Origin: Candidatus Bathyarchaeia archaeon
GTDB lineage: Archaea; Thermoproteota; Bathyarchaeia; Bathyarchaeales; Bathycorpusculaceae
Assembly (NCBI GenBank): GCA_038727135.1
Contig: JAVYWL010000001.1
Coordinates: 704,001-768,000 of the forward strand
Direction of reading: 5' to 3'
DNA length: 64,000 nt
Of the stretch, positions 1 to 9,703 are shown piece by piece. The position numbers and the translations under genes are program-made. Under the pieces are notes generated by a model, which was not told the origin of the DNA, did no database searches, and saw nothing but the letters and a program-made list of their open reading frames with translations. How positions within the stretch are numbered: position 1 is the first letter of the stretch; each line of letters starts with the position of its first letter.

Positions 1-34
1 CTCTCGTGTAAAGGGTTTCTCGGAGCTTGAAAAC

Positions 35-634
35 TTGGAATGGTTGAAAGCCGCAGCCGAGGAAATCATTTCAGGGATTAAAAGCTCCATTGAAGAGCTT
101 AACCCAAAAGAGGTTGAACGCTTCATAGAGCTACTTCTGGGCGCAAAAAACAAGAAAATATTCGTTGTAGGCATGGGAAGAAGCGGCTTCGTGGGAAGAG
201 CCTTCGCCCTTCGCTTGATGAACTTGGGCTTCAACGTCTACTTCTTGGGCGAAACAATAACACCTGCAGCGGAGAAAGGAGACCTCCTAATAGCCATTTC
301 AGGAACTGGCGCAACAAAAATGGTTTTAACAGCGAGCACGGCAGCAAAAGAAATCGGAGCAACAGTGGTAGCCATAACATCTTTTCCAGAGTCTCCTTTG
401 GGGCGTATAGCCGACCTTGTTGTTACGATTAAGGGTAGGACTAAGGCTGGTTGGCCTAAAGAGGAGGATTATTTGGCTAGGCAGCTTATGGGTGAGAGGG
501 AGCCCCTAACTCCTCTTGGAAGCATTTTCGAGAACAACTGTATGGTTTTCCTGGACGGTTTAATTGTGGAGCTTATGCATCGCATGGGGACAACTGAAGA
601 AGATTTAAGGCGTAGGCACGCCACAATAGAATAG
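35..634 (+). CDS. hxlB: 6-phospho-3-hexuloisomerase (SIS domain, RuMP pathway)
   Basis: IFVVGMGRSG, AISGTG, PLGSIFE and C-terminal RRHATIE motifs typical of PHI. Confidence 0.92.
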   Translation: MEWLKAAAEEIISGIKSSIEELNPKEVERFIELLLGAKNKKIFVVGMGRSGFVGRAFALRLMNLGFNVYFLGETITPAAEKGDLLIAISGTGATKMVLTASTAAKEIGATVVAITSFPESPLGRIADLVVTIKGRTKAGWPKEEDYLARQLMGEREPLTPLGSIFENNCMVFLDGLIVELMHRMGTTEEDLRRRHATIE

Positions 635-670
635 GCTTTGCGCGGTTATGCATTATGGGGAGTGCCGGAA

Positions 671-748
671 ATCCGAGCTAAATGGAAAAAGAAGCGAATG
701 AGGCGGCAGAAGAAGAAGAGGCAGAAGCGGAGAGCCCGGTACAAGTAG
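671..748 (+). CDS. rpl41e: Ribosomal protein eL41/eS32 (25 aa), not in ORF track; start ATC at 671 or in-frame GTG at 662
   Basis: Manual translation (I/M)RAKWKKKRMRRQKKKRQKRRARYK* matches the eL41 consensus [25 protein letters not shown] in length and pattern; GGGGAGTG SD-like element at 657-664. Confidence 0.88.
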   Translation: MRAKWKKKRMRRQKKKRQKRRARYK

Positions 749-878
749 TGCGCTTTTAACGATTTTGTGTTTTTAAGCTTGTTAAGGATTAGACGTGCAT
801 ATAGCTTATTAAGACTTGCGATATTATATTAGTTGGAAAACCAGCCACCACCCTAAACCATCAACAAAAGGGAAGCAG

Positions 879-2429
879 ATGCCCAAAACTCAAAAAACCG
901 AAGAAAAAACACAGTTAGGCATAATAATCGAAGGGAAAGCCAAAAAACCAGCCGTCTTCAGAGAAGTCTACCCGATACAAGAGCCATACGTATACGCAGC
1001 CATAGTGAAAGACCCGGAAACCCAAAAAACCCAATACGAAGTTATAGAGCCAACACTGCAAAAAGAAGACGAAAACCTCCTAAAAGAAATTAAAAACCTC
1101 CTAATGGAAGAGATAGACGTAAACCTAAAAGAAATCGAAACCAAGGAAAAAGCAGAAAAATACCTAAGGGAAAAAATCACCCAAATAATCAAGAAATACC
1201 ACATCAAGGTTCCGCCGGAATCCATTGACAAGCTCCTCTACTACATTATAAGAGATTTTATTGGATATGGCAAGATAGACCCTCTGATGAAAGACCACTT
1301 TATTGAGGATATATCGGCTGACGGGGTGAACATACCCATCTACGTTTGGCACCGCATGTATGAGTCGCTGCCAACAAACATAATCTTCAAGGATGAAGCG
1401 GAGCTAAACTCCTTCATAATCCGATTGGCATACTTGGCTGGAAAGAATATTTCGATTGCTTCCCCAATTTTGGATGCCTCGCTTCCAGATGGGAGCCGCA
1501 TACAATTAACTTATGGGAATGAAATCACCCGTAGAGGTTCAACGTTCACCATCCGCCGCTTCCGTGTTGACCCCCTAACTATTTCCGACTTAATCGCCTT
1601 CAACACCCTTTCATCAGATATGGCGGCATACCTATGGTACATTATTGAGAACAGGGCTTCGGTGCTTGTCGCCGGGGGTATAGCGGCTGGAAAAACAACA
1701 ATGCTGAACTGCCTATCCATGTTCATAAAGCCTGAAATGAAGATAGTAAGCGTTGAAGACACCCAGGAGCTAAACCTACCCCACGAAAACTGGATTCCAT
1801 CTGTTGTTCGACTTGGTTTTGGGCATGAGGATAGGGGAAGCGGAAGTATAACATTGTTCGACCTTCTGAAGGCTGCTGTACGCCAAAGACCAGACTACAT
1901 AATTGTAGGCGAAATCCGCGGGGAAGAAGCATACACGCTTTTCCAAGCCATGGCAACTGGTCACTTGGGCATGTGCACAATCCACGCCGAATCCGTTGAA
2001 GCCGTAATAAACCGCCTTGAATCAGAACCGATGAATATTCCAAAGCCCCTCATAGCCATGATTGACGTGATAATGGTAATGGCAAGAACTGAAATCGAGG
2101 GCAAGCCGGCGAGAAGAACTCTCACAGCAACGGAGGTTGTCGGTTTAGACACTAAAACAAAGGAGTTGATGACAGAGGAAGTCTTCCGATGGAAGGCTAG
2201 CGAGGACAAATTCGAGTTTTTGGGGCATAGCTCCCTCCTTGAAGAACACATGAGGAAGGTGGACGTCAGCGAGGAAGATGTTAGGCGGGAGCTTCAACGA
2301 AGAAAAACAGTTTTGGAATGGATGGTTAAGAGGGGCATCCGCAGATACACGGAAGTTGCTAACGTAATCCGCGAATACTATGCTAACCCGTCGCGTGTTT
2401 ATCAGAGGGCAAGGATGGGACTGAAATGA
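879..2429 (+). CDS. Type IV pilus/type II secretion assembly ATPase (ArlI/TadA-like)
   Basis: Walker A GGIAAGKTT, SVEDTQEL Asp box, RQRPDYIIVGEIRG Walker B, TGH...TIHA His box. Confidence 0.92.
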   Translation: MPKTQKTEEKTQLGIIIEGKAKKPAVFREVYPIQEPYVYAAIVKDPETQKTQYEVIEPTLQKEDENLLKEIKNLLMEEIDVNLKEIETKEKAEKYLREKITQIIKKYHIKVPPESIDKLLYYIIRDFIGYGKIDPLMKDHFIEDISADGVNIPIYVWHRMYESLPTNIIFKDEAELNSFIIRLAYLAGKNISIASPILDASLPDGSRIQLTYGNEITRRGSTFTIRRFRVDPLTISDLIAFNTLSSDMAAYLWYIIENRASVLVAGGIAAGKTTMLNCLSMFIKPEMKIVSVEDTQELNLPHENWIPSVVRLGFGHEDRGSGSITLFDLLKAAVRQRPDYIIVGEIRGEEAYTLFQAMATGHLGMCTIHAESVEAVINRLESEPMNIPKPLIAMIDVIMVMARTEIEGKPARRTLTATEVVGLDTKTKELMTEEVFRWKASEDKFEFLGHSSLLEEHMRKVDVSEEDVRRELQRRKTVLEWMVKRGIRRYTEVANVIREYYANPSRVYQRARMGLK

Positions 2430-3397
2430 AAAGCCCAAAAATTACTGAAGCCTTCAAAAAGTTTCTTTCAAAAATTCGCTCCACAAAAGCCTCAAGAGAG
2501 GAAGGAAGCAAGAAATTTAAGACTGGAAGTCTCCAATCCGTTGCTTATAGGTTGGTGGGCGGCAAAATCAGCCGCATATTGCCCCTTTTTGAAGATTTAA
2601 GTTTACACTTGCAGAGGGCTGGGCTTAAGACTGGTTTTAGGGTTTACATAAGCCTAACAGTCTTTTCCACGCTTATAATTGCGCTTGCCACCTTTGTGGT
2701 GGTTCCGTGCCTGTTAGTTTTCATGTTCAACGTACCCCTTTATCCAGCTTTCCTATTCGGTTTGGGCGGAAGCCTTTTCGCAGTTGCCTTTTCAATTATC
2801 GGGTTTTACATCTATCCAGTTTATCGGGCTGACAAATTTAAGAGAGAACTTGAAGACGAGTTGGCTTTTACGACTGGTTATATGTCAATTTTGGCTAGTG
2901 CCGGTGTTCCACCGGAGAAAATTTTCTATTCACTTTCAAATCTCCCCATTCCGTTGGCGGTTTCTGCGGAGGCAAAGAACGTTATCAGGGATGTGAACCT
3001 CTTCGGCTTAGACATAATCTCGGCTTTGGAGCAGGCTTCAAAGCGAACGCCTTCTGAAAAGTTTCGTGAAATGATTGAAGGTTTCATATCAACAATTCAT
3101 TCTGGGAGCAACCTTGCCGCCTATTTGAGGGAGAAGTCAAAGCAGCACATGAAGTTGAAGAGGATAAGCCTCCGCAAATTCTCAGACACTTTGTCCATGC
3201 TTTCAGAGTTTTATGTGGCTATACTTGTCACTGGGCCTCTACTTCTCATAATTATGCTGGCTGTGATGGCTATGATGGACGGGGGCCTTGGACTTTTGGG
3301 CCCAGACCTTTTGCTAAACATATTAACCTACATTGGAATTCCCGTAGGCTCAATAATGTTTCTCCTAATATTGGATGCTGTTTCGCCAAAGTGGTAG
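2426..3397 (+). CDS. Type II secretion F-domain pilus platform membrane protein (TadC/ArlJ-like)
   Basis: Multi-TM, G-D-IISALE...RTPS...F pattern; ATGA overlap with ATPase. Confidence 0.85.
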   Translation: MKSPKITEAFKKFLSKIRSTKASREEGSKKFKTGSLQSVAYRLVGGKISRILPLFEDLSLHLQRAGLKTGFRVYISLTVFSTLIIALATFVVVPCLLVFMFNVPLYPAFLFGLGGSLFAVAFSIIGFYIYPVYRADKFKRELEDELAFTTGYMSILASAGVPPEKIFYSLSNLPIPLAVSAEAKNVIRDVNLFGLDIISALEQASKRTPSEKFREMIEGFISTIHSGSNLAAYLREKSKQHMKLKRISLRKFSDTLSMLSEFYVAILVTGPLLLIIMLAVMAMMDGGLGLLGPDLLLNILTYIGIPVGSIMFLLILDAVSPKW

Positions 3398-3404
3398 AGC
3401 GCAA

Positions 3405-4220
3405 ATGCCAAAAGTGGAGAAAACAGTCAAGAAAATCGTTTGGGTTTCGTCAGTCGTCATAGCTCTATCCATAATAGTTTACGGATTCTTCGCTGCTTGG
3501 GGTACAACGATATTTGACGAGCTTGTGTTTTTCGCCGTTATTGCGGCTTTCACTCCGCCAACAATCATAAATTACGTGGATTATAGGTGGAAGAGAGCCA
3601 TAGATGAGCACTTGCCAGACCTTTTTAGAAGCATTGTGCAAGCGCAAGAAACTGGCATGACGCTGCCTAAAGCCTTAGAGGAGGCTGCGAAGAGGGATTT
3701 CGGTCCGTTGACAGCTGAGCTGCGGAAGATGAATGCCCAGATTTCTTGGGGTATGACTTTGGAGGAAGCCCTAATCGCATTTGCTAGGCGGGTTAACACT
3801 TTTCTTGTTCAGAGAACTATACCGCTCATAATCGAGGCTAATCGTTCAGGCGGACATGTAGAAAAGGTTTTCGACCCGATGGGCAAGTTTGTCCAGTCAA
3901 CCCTTATACTTCATAAGGAGCGGCGAAACCGTACAAGACCATACATTGCCATAATCTATGTGGCTTTCTTCGTCTTTCTATTCACTATTATACTGCTTTT
4001 CAAATCCTTCTTCGTTGACATACAAGGCTTACCTATGCTCGGAGCAGCCGTCATGGCTCCTGCGGAAATAAAACGCTTGTTCTTGCATATGACCGCCATT
4101 CAAGGCTTTTTCGGCGGTTTGGTGGCTGGAAAAATGGGCGAAGGCACAATAAGCGCCGGGCTGAAGCACAGCCTAGTAATGATGCTGTGTGGCTACATAG
4201 CCCTAAAACTCTTCCTATGA
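3405..4220 (+). CDS. Second T2SS-F pilus platform protein (TadB/C-like)
   Basis: LPDLFR...GMTL..AL, SGG, GLVAGKMGEG..SAGLKH motifs. Confidence 0.85.
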   Translation: MPKVEKTVKKIVWVSSVVIALSIIVYGFFAAWGTTIFDELVFFAVIAAFTPPTIINYVDYRWKRAIDEHLPDLFRSIVQAQETGMTLPKALEEAAKRDFGPLTAELRKMNAQISWGMTLEEALIAFARRVNTFLVQRTIPLIIEANRSGGHVEKVFDPMGKFVQSTLILHKERRNRTRPYIAIIYVAFFVFLFTIILLFKSFFVDIQGLPMLGAAVMAPAEIKRLFLHMTAIQGFFGGLVAGKMGEGTISAGLKHSLVMMLCGYIALKLFL

Positions 4221-4232
4221 GGTGACTGCGCA

Positions 4233-4658
4233 GTGAACACTCATAGGCTTTTGAGGTTTTTCATGGACAAGCGGGCTATAACCCCAGTGCTGAGCAACCT
4301 GTTGCTTATGGTTGTCGCTGTTGCCGCCATGTCAATAGCCGCCGCCACCACGTACATCATAACAACAAACCTCCGCGAAACCATGGGAGAACGCCTAATC
4401 ATAGAAGACGTCTGGTTTAACGACGCGGCTGGAGCACGCCAAATAAGCATTTACCTCCGCAATGTTGGAAAAGTGTCAATCCGCATATCTACAGTCTACA
4501 TAAACCATACGCGCTATCCATCGCCAACACTAGAGCTAGAATTGGGCGATCACGACTGGCTCAACATCACCTACAGTTGGGCGCCGGGGAGTCTATACCA
4601 TTTAGACGTTGTAACAATGAGGGGAACCCATGTTGGAGGCTATTATAAAGCGCCTTAA
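4233..4658 (+). CDS. Archaeal type IV pilin-like protein
   Basis: Class III signal peptide DKRA|ITPVLSNLLLMVVAVAA; IYLRNVG and VVTMRG pilin-like strands. Confidence 0.8.
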   Translation: MNTHRLLRFFMDKRAITPVLSNLLLMVVAVAAMSIAAATTYIITTNLRETMGERLIIEDVWFNDAAGARQISIYLRNVGKVSIRISTVYINHTRYPSPTLELELGDHDWLNITYSWAPGSLYHLDVVTMRGTHVGGYYKAP

Positions 4659-6462
4659 AAAGCTAAAAAGCGAAAAGCGCGGCATAAGCAACGTCCTAGT
4701 CGTAATGCTAAGCCTAATCCTAATAACAGTCATAGTCGCCAACGTGGTGCTATGGAACTATCAAATAAACCAGTTGGACATTGAAAGGATGCATGAATCA
4801 ATAAGCATAATAAACGCCAGCCGCCTAACACGCTCACAATGGTTTACAGCCCAAAACGAATTCTCAATAACAACGGGAACCAGAATAGGCGGCTCCTATA
4901 CAGACACAAAAGCCGTGGATGGTTTTTACGAGTCTTTTAGGGAGGAGCTTCCCTCAGTCCATTATAATCCGTCCGACTACGCGTTAGGCAACTCAACAAG
5001 GCTTATCTCTGGCGAGATAGCCGACCTTAAAACAGATAATGGCGTTTACATGCAATTCCAAAGCTATCCAGCAGCGTTTTCAAGCACCACTGAAACCTTT
5101 GGAAACAATGCTTTCGGGGCATCAACCCGCAATGCTGAAAATTATATTGTCGGTTCAGTTTTCACCCCTACAGAAGATGGTGAGGCGCAAAGTATTACGA
5201 TATATGTAGGTGTAACCTCAAGTTCAAAAAATATGAGATGCGCCATCTATCTACACAGCACCCTAAGCTTAATAGCCCAGACAGAAGAAAAAACAATCCC
5301 TGCTCCCACCACTGGATGGGTAACGTTTAATTTTGCAGCGCCAAAACCAGTACTCAGAGCCGATACCGAATACTTGCTTGTTGCTTGGGCCCAGTCCGGC
5401 AGCGGCTTCGCATATTTGTACTATAGATCTGGGCAGCAAAATCAAGGCCACTACTTAAGCAGAACTTACACTGGAAGTTTTCCGAACCCGTTGCCGAATC
5501 CTAATCATGAGAATAGGGAGTATTGTATTTATTGCACTTTTAAACCCGCCACTGAAGAAAAAGTTGAAGTTGAATTCAGTGGGGCGTCAGACCAGAATTT
5601 TTGGATGAACCTAACATGGGCCATCAACACCTATTGCACTGTGGACGATGTAGCGGCAACCTTCCAGCTTTTCAATTACCAGACCAGCGAATATCCAATA
5701 AGCGGGGAAGGATATGAAAACCACATAATTGGAACAGAAGAGGTCAACATAACCCAATTAATATCCATTAACCCCATGGCCTTTAAAGATGCTGAAGGCA
5801 GCTGGAAAATCAAAATAACCGGAACAAAAGAAGCAGAAGCGCCGTTCACTCTTAAAGTCGACTGGATAGAGCTTAAGGCAACCTTGTCAAACATTTACCG
5901 CCTCGAAGTAACTAACCATTTCACAATAGATTTGTCAGCTTACCCATTGAACTACGTTTATGGCGTCGAAATAATGGTGAGATACAACGTTTCAGAGACT
6001 GGTGAACGATGGTTTATGAAAGCGTATGATTGGGCTTTTGGAAGCTTCAGCGACTTGGGCTTTAACAACACCGAGGGGGACCAGCCCACGGCTAACGAGT
6101 GGAACGATTATGCTATAAGCATAAACGAGAATTGGACGCGTTATATAAAAGACGATGGCACCATCCAAATAATGTTCTGCGATGAGGGCGCAAGCGAAAA
6201 CCAAACGTTCGTCCACATCGATTTCATAGGCGTCCGCGTCATCCTCAATGGCTTAATTTTGGAGATAAAAAACAGCGGTGCCACAACAGCCCACATAGTC
6301 TCCATATGGGTTATCAACGTGACCCATCACATGCGTTATGATGCAGACTTCTTCATAAACTCCGGAGAAAGCGCAACCTACATAAGGGTGGACATACCCT
6401 CCCCGGCCGGCGACTTCACTGTTAAAATCGTCACCGAGCGAGGTAACATAGACACTTTTTAG
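4630..6462 (+). CDS. Large minor pilin/adhesin with inserted beta-rich domains
   Basis: Class III signal EKRG|ISNVLVVMLSLILITVIVANVV; C-terminal IKNSG...VKIVTERGN pilin end; many N-x-S/T sequons. Confidence 0.72.
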   Translation: MLEAIIKRLKKLKSEKRGISNVLVVMLSLILITVIVANVVLWNYQINQLDIERMHESISIINASRLTRSQWFTAQNEFSITTGTRIGGSYTDTKAVDGFYESFREELPSVHYNPSDYALGNSTRLISGEIADLKTDNGVYMQFQSYPAAFSSTTETFGNNAFGASTRNAENYIVGSVFTPTEDGEAQSITIYVGVTSSSKNMRCAIYLHSTLSLIAQTEEKTIPAPTTGWVTFNFAAPKPVLRADTEYLLVAWAQSGSGFAYLYYRSGQQNQGHYLSRTYTGSFPNPLPNPNHENREYCIYCTFKPATEEKVEVEFSGASDQNFWMNLTWAINTYCTVDDVAATFQLFNYQTSEYPISGEGYENHIIGTEEVNITQLISINPMAFKDAEGSWKIKITGTKEAEAPFTLKVDWIELKATLSNIYRLEVTNHFTIDLSAYPLNYVYGVEIMVRYNVSETGERWFMKAYDWAFGSFSDLGFNNTEGDQPTANEWNDYAISINENWTRYIKDDGTIQIMFCDEGASENQTFVHIDFIGVRVILNGLILEIKNSGATTAHIVSIWVINVTHHMRYDADFFINSGESATYIRVDIPSPAGDFTVKIVTERGNIDTF

Positions 6463-6468
6463 GCTAGC

Positions 6469-7452
6469 CTATTTCTTGCCCAGCTTATCCTTAAGAGCCT
6501 TCATAACCTCTTTTGAATCCCTAGCTTCGATAACCTTAATGTTGTATAGTTCAGCCATTTTCTTCGCGTTGTCATTTAACTTTGGAATAGCTATTAGGAA
6601 GGCAGCGTCCGGCGCCACATCATATATTTTCGCGAAGAGGGCTATTACCGGCTGTTCTGAAACCATGTCTTCTGTTGCTGCTGCCACATCCATTACCGTC
6701 ACCTTTTTGGTTATTTCCTTTCTGTAGGCGGCTATGTCAAACATGTGGTTCGCGCCAGACTTCCCCTTCAGAAAGGCTGGAGCCTCAACTTCGAATCCAC
6801 TTTCGACGAGAAACTCCTTTATCGGCGCGACAAAAATCCATCCAGCTGTTATTTCGCTTCTAACCTCTTCATTCAACGTGTAGGCGTAGACATCTCGAAT
6901 TTCTACATCCTCAAAAGTGAAATCGGCTTGGCATTCCCGGCAAAAATGCCTTGTAATGGGTATATCAAAGCTTTTGCCGCAGTCCTTGCACGTGCACCAT
7001 ATTCCAGCCTTCCTATAATCTACTTCAGGCTTCTTCAGTTCTTCACGGCATTTTGGACAGACCAGTTTCCCGCCTTTTCTGAAGTTCTCCTCAACATCCA
7101 TATAACCACATTTAACATGCTCAACCAGGGAGCCCTTCTGTATGTTGAAGGATTTGCAGTATGGACAACAATAATGGGTTGAAACGTTCTGCGAACCACA
7201 GCTGGGGCAGTACAATATTTTGTCATAAAGCTTCCGCTCTATGACTTTCGCTTCATAAAGCCTATCCAAGAAATCCTCAACTTTTGAAGAGTCCCCCAAG
7301 ATTGCCTCAATTTCAACATATTTGTAGCCAAACTTCGGGTCGAAGGTGGGTTTAAGCTCGCTTATTTCACCACTTAAAAATTTACTTAAGAAGACTTGGA
7401 CGTTTGGGTCTTTATACAGCCTCATCCTTTCAAGTTTTTCAGTTTGCATCAA
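6469..7452 (-). CDS. Multi-Zn-ribbon (TackOD1-like) protein with C-terminal Mrr-like restriction endonuclease fold
   Basis: CPSC, CPYC, HVKC, CPKC, CKDC, CREC pairs with LVEH and VDY; C-terminal GKSGANHMFDI. Confidence 0.65.
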   Translation of the reverse strand: MMQTEKLERMRLYKDPNVQVFLSKFLSGEISELKPTFDPKFGYKYVEIEAILGDSSKVEDFLDRLYEAKVIERKLYDKILYCPSCGSQNVSTHYCCPYCKSFNIQKGSLVEHVKCGYMDVEENFRKGGKLVCPKCREELKKPEVDYRKAGIWCTCKDCGKSFDIPITRHFCRECQADFTFEDVEIRDVYAYTLNEEVRSEITAGWIFVAPIKEFLVESGFEVEAPAFLKGKSGANHMFDIAAYRKEITKKVTVMDVAAATEDMVSEQPVIALFAKIYDVAPDAAFLIAIPKLNDNAKKMAELYNIKVIEARDSKEVMKALKDKLGKK

Positions 7453-7604
7453 TTTCCCATGCCGACAATCATGAAGCTAGCATTTTAAGGCTCAAACCCT
7501 AATTATATAAGGTTTGTTGCTGTTAAAACTTTCCATAAGGCGCGTTTTCCTCGAAAGGTTTTAAAGGTTTGCAGTGCTTGTCGTTTTGTAAGGTGTGCTA
7601 AAAT

Positions 7605-7763
7605 TTGGGCTTAAAAGCTAAAAAGCTTGTAAACTGCCCCAAGTGCGGCTTCACATTTGACATATCCTATGGGCGAGCGTTTGCATGTTCAGGATGCCCA
7701 TCAACAGTTCAATGTAGTTATGCAAAATGCCCAAAATGCGGACATGAATTTCCGTTACAGTAG
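7605..7763 (+). CDS. 52-aa Cys-rich metal-binding microprotein (not in ORF track)
   Basis: MGLKAKKLVNCPKCGFTFDISYGRAFACSGCPSTVQCSYAKCPKCGHEFPLQ*; TTG start with AGGTG SD at 7591-7595. Confidence 0.75.
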   Translation: MGLKAKKLVNCPKCGFTFDISYGRAFACSGCPSTVQCSYAKCPKCGHEFPLQ

Positions 7764-7871
7764 GCTGAGACTTCACGGGCGAAACAAGGTTTTAACAGTC
7801 ACGTTTTTTAACCGGAATTTCCATATTCCCTAAAGCAAAATTTACAATAAGCAAAGCATAGTGGTGGTTGA

Positions 7872-8756
7872 TTGTCTAAGCGTCTGATACTTCGGTGGGC
7901 ATCCCTTAAGGGTTTAGCGGCAATAATCCTATTCCTAATAATATCCGCCCTAATCGAATATGCTGTTGTTGTTTATGCCGTTTCCCTCGGAGTGAGAGAT
8001 GAAAACCCCCTGCAAGGAAGTTTTCAGTTTCCATGGACAAACTGGATAATAACGATTACTGTGAGTCCGCTTTTTCATCTTGTCCCGTTGTCAGTTATTA
8101 TCACACTTGTTTTCAGTTGGATTTGTATGACAAAATATGCGGCTATGCAGCCTCAAAAACCGCCCGAAGGAAAACCCAAACCTAAGCCACAAAAGAAGGG
8201 TCAAATCCAAAAAGCGGAGAGAAAATTCACGTCTAGAATAGCCAACGCCGTAAAGAATTTTTTCGGAAGAATAAAGGCTGGACTTTTAAGGATTAAGGGG
8301 GTGTCCTACATTTGGAGCAAGGTAAGCTTTGCAAGGGCAACAATAAAAAGCGCCATAATAACAATTCTGGTTTTTTCAGCTCTAATTCTGCTGTTTTCAG
8401 TTGTTGCCTATCCCGGGCTGATATACGGAACTTTTTCAAATATGTATCGTGGAAACCCCTCGCTTCTCGAGTTTGTAAAGTCTGTTAACAATGCTTTGAA
8501 GGGGTTTGTTGAAGCTCTCGGTCCCATCGGTTGGCTTTGCTCAGCAGTAAATAATGCCATAATTTCTGCAGCTCCAGCTTTGAGGGGTTTTGTTTCAGCC
8601 CTTGGAGGACTGGTTAAACCTCTTGTAGATTTGCCTCCAGTCGGTAAATACATTGTTTTTCAGAATGTTGCTGCTTGGGTTTCAGCCTTGACGGTGTTCT
8701 CCTACGGGTTTTTAACGCGAAAAGGTTATCGCTTTAGGAAGGCAAAGAGAAGTTAG
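7872..8756 (+). CDS. Hypothetical membrane protein
   Basis: 294-aa ORF with several hydrophobic helices and a Lys/Pro-rich linker. Confidence 0.65.
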   Translation: MSKRLILRWASLKGLAAIILFLIISALIEYAVVVYAVSLGVRDENPLQGSFQFPWTNWIITITVSPLFHLVPLSVIITLVFSWICMTKYAAMQPQKPPEGKPKPKPQKKGQIQKAERKFTSRIANAVKNFFGRIKAGLLRIKGVSYIWSKVSFARATIKSAIITILVFSALILLFSVVAYPGLIYGTFSNMYRGNPSLLEFVKSVNNALKGFVEALGPIGWLCSAVNNAIISAAPALRGFVSALGGLVKPLVDLPPVGKYIVFQNVAAWVSALTVFSYGFLTRKGYRFRKAKRS

Positions 8757-8767
8757 AGGCTTCAGAA

Positions 8768-9631
8768 ATGGCTGACCGTCCAAGATTTGGTCCAGCAGGG
8801 GTTCCGCCAAGTTTTAGAGCTATGAAAGCCTCCTTGACGGATGTTCCGAGACTTTTACGGGAAGAGGGATTAGACGCTTTTGAGTATCAAGCTGTACGTT
8901 GGGGTGGAAAGCCCCAAATTCGAAGGGAGGATGCCGAAAGCCTTGGATTAAGAGCCAAAGAGAACGACGTCCTCTTAAGCCTTCACGGCTCCTACTTCAT
9001 AAACTTGTGCGGTGAGAAAGAAACCGTCGAAGCTAGCAAAGACCGTCTTGTTGCGTGCGCCACTGCATCCCAGTGGATGGGCTCCCAAATTGTTGTTTTT
9101 CATCCTGGTTTTTACGGAAGAAAGTCTCCAAGGGAGGTTTTTAAAGCATGCCTCGAAGCCCTAAAAGATGTTGTTGAGAGGCTTAAGGCTCTTGGCATTA
9201 AGGATGTGCGGCTTGGTCCGGAAACCATGGGAAAGCCGACCCAGTTTGGCAGTTTAGAAGAGGTTTTAACTTTGTGCGAGCAAGTTGAGCAAACTCAGCC
9301 CGTAATAGACTGGGCGCACCTTCATGCGAGAGACCGTGGGCGCTTCAAGACTGTTGATGACTTCCGTAGGATTGTTGAGGAAATTGAGAGGCGTTTGGGA
9401 ACTGAAGCCGTCAAAAACATGCATTGCCACTTCACAAAGGTCGAGTTCACTGACAAGGGAGAGAGATGCCATCACACGATGGACGAGGCTGGTTATGGAC
9501 CAGATTTTGAGATGCTTGCGAAGGTTATAGCCGATTTTAGATTGAATCCAGTCATAATTAGCGAGAGCCCAGTGTTAGACGTGGACGCCATAAAAATGCG
9601 GGACTCTCTCAGAAAAGTGCTGAAAATATAA
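8768..9631 (+). CDS. nfo: Endonuclease IV (AP endonuclease family 2, TIM barrel)
   Basis: RFGPAG, SLHGSYFINL, VFHPG, ETMGK..QFG, DWAHLHAR, HCHF, IISESP. Confidence 0.88.
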   Translation: MADRPRFGPAGVPPSFRAMKASLTDVPRLLREEGLDAFEYQAVRWGGKPQIRREDAESLGLRAKENDVLLSLHGSYFINLCGEKETVEASKDRLVACATASQWMGSQIVVFHPGFYGRKSPREVFKACLEALKDVVERLKALGIKDVRLGPETMGKPTQFGSLEEVLTLCEQVEQTQPVIDWAHLHARDRGRFKTVDDFRRIVEEIERRLGTEAVKNMHCHFTKVEFTDKGERCHHTMDEAGYGPDFEMLAKVIADFRLNPVIISESPVLDVDAIKMRDSLRKVLKI

Positions 9632-9703
9632 GCTGGCTGCGATGGGCTTGATGCGATACCTTTTTCTATAAAGTTTGTGTGCTGTTTATGGGTGCCTTCG
9701 GTT

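Noticed and set aside
632-748. eL41 frame is in frame with the hxlB amber stop, suggesting readthrough or pyrrolysine fusion
   Set aside because: HxlB ends at its normal C-terminus, eL41 has its own SD, and no pyl genes are in the window; a 1-in-3 coincidence
879-6462. Archaellum operon
   Set aside because: No archaellin, ArlH or ArlF/G genes; two TadC-like genes and pilins fit an adhesive type IV pilus
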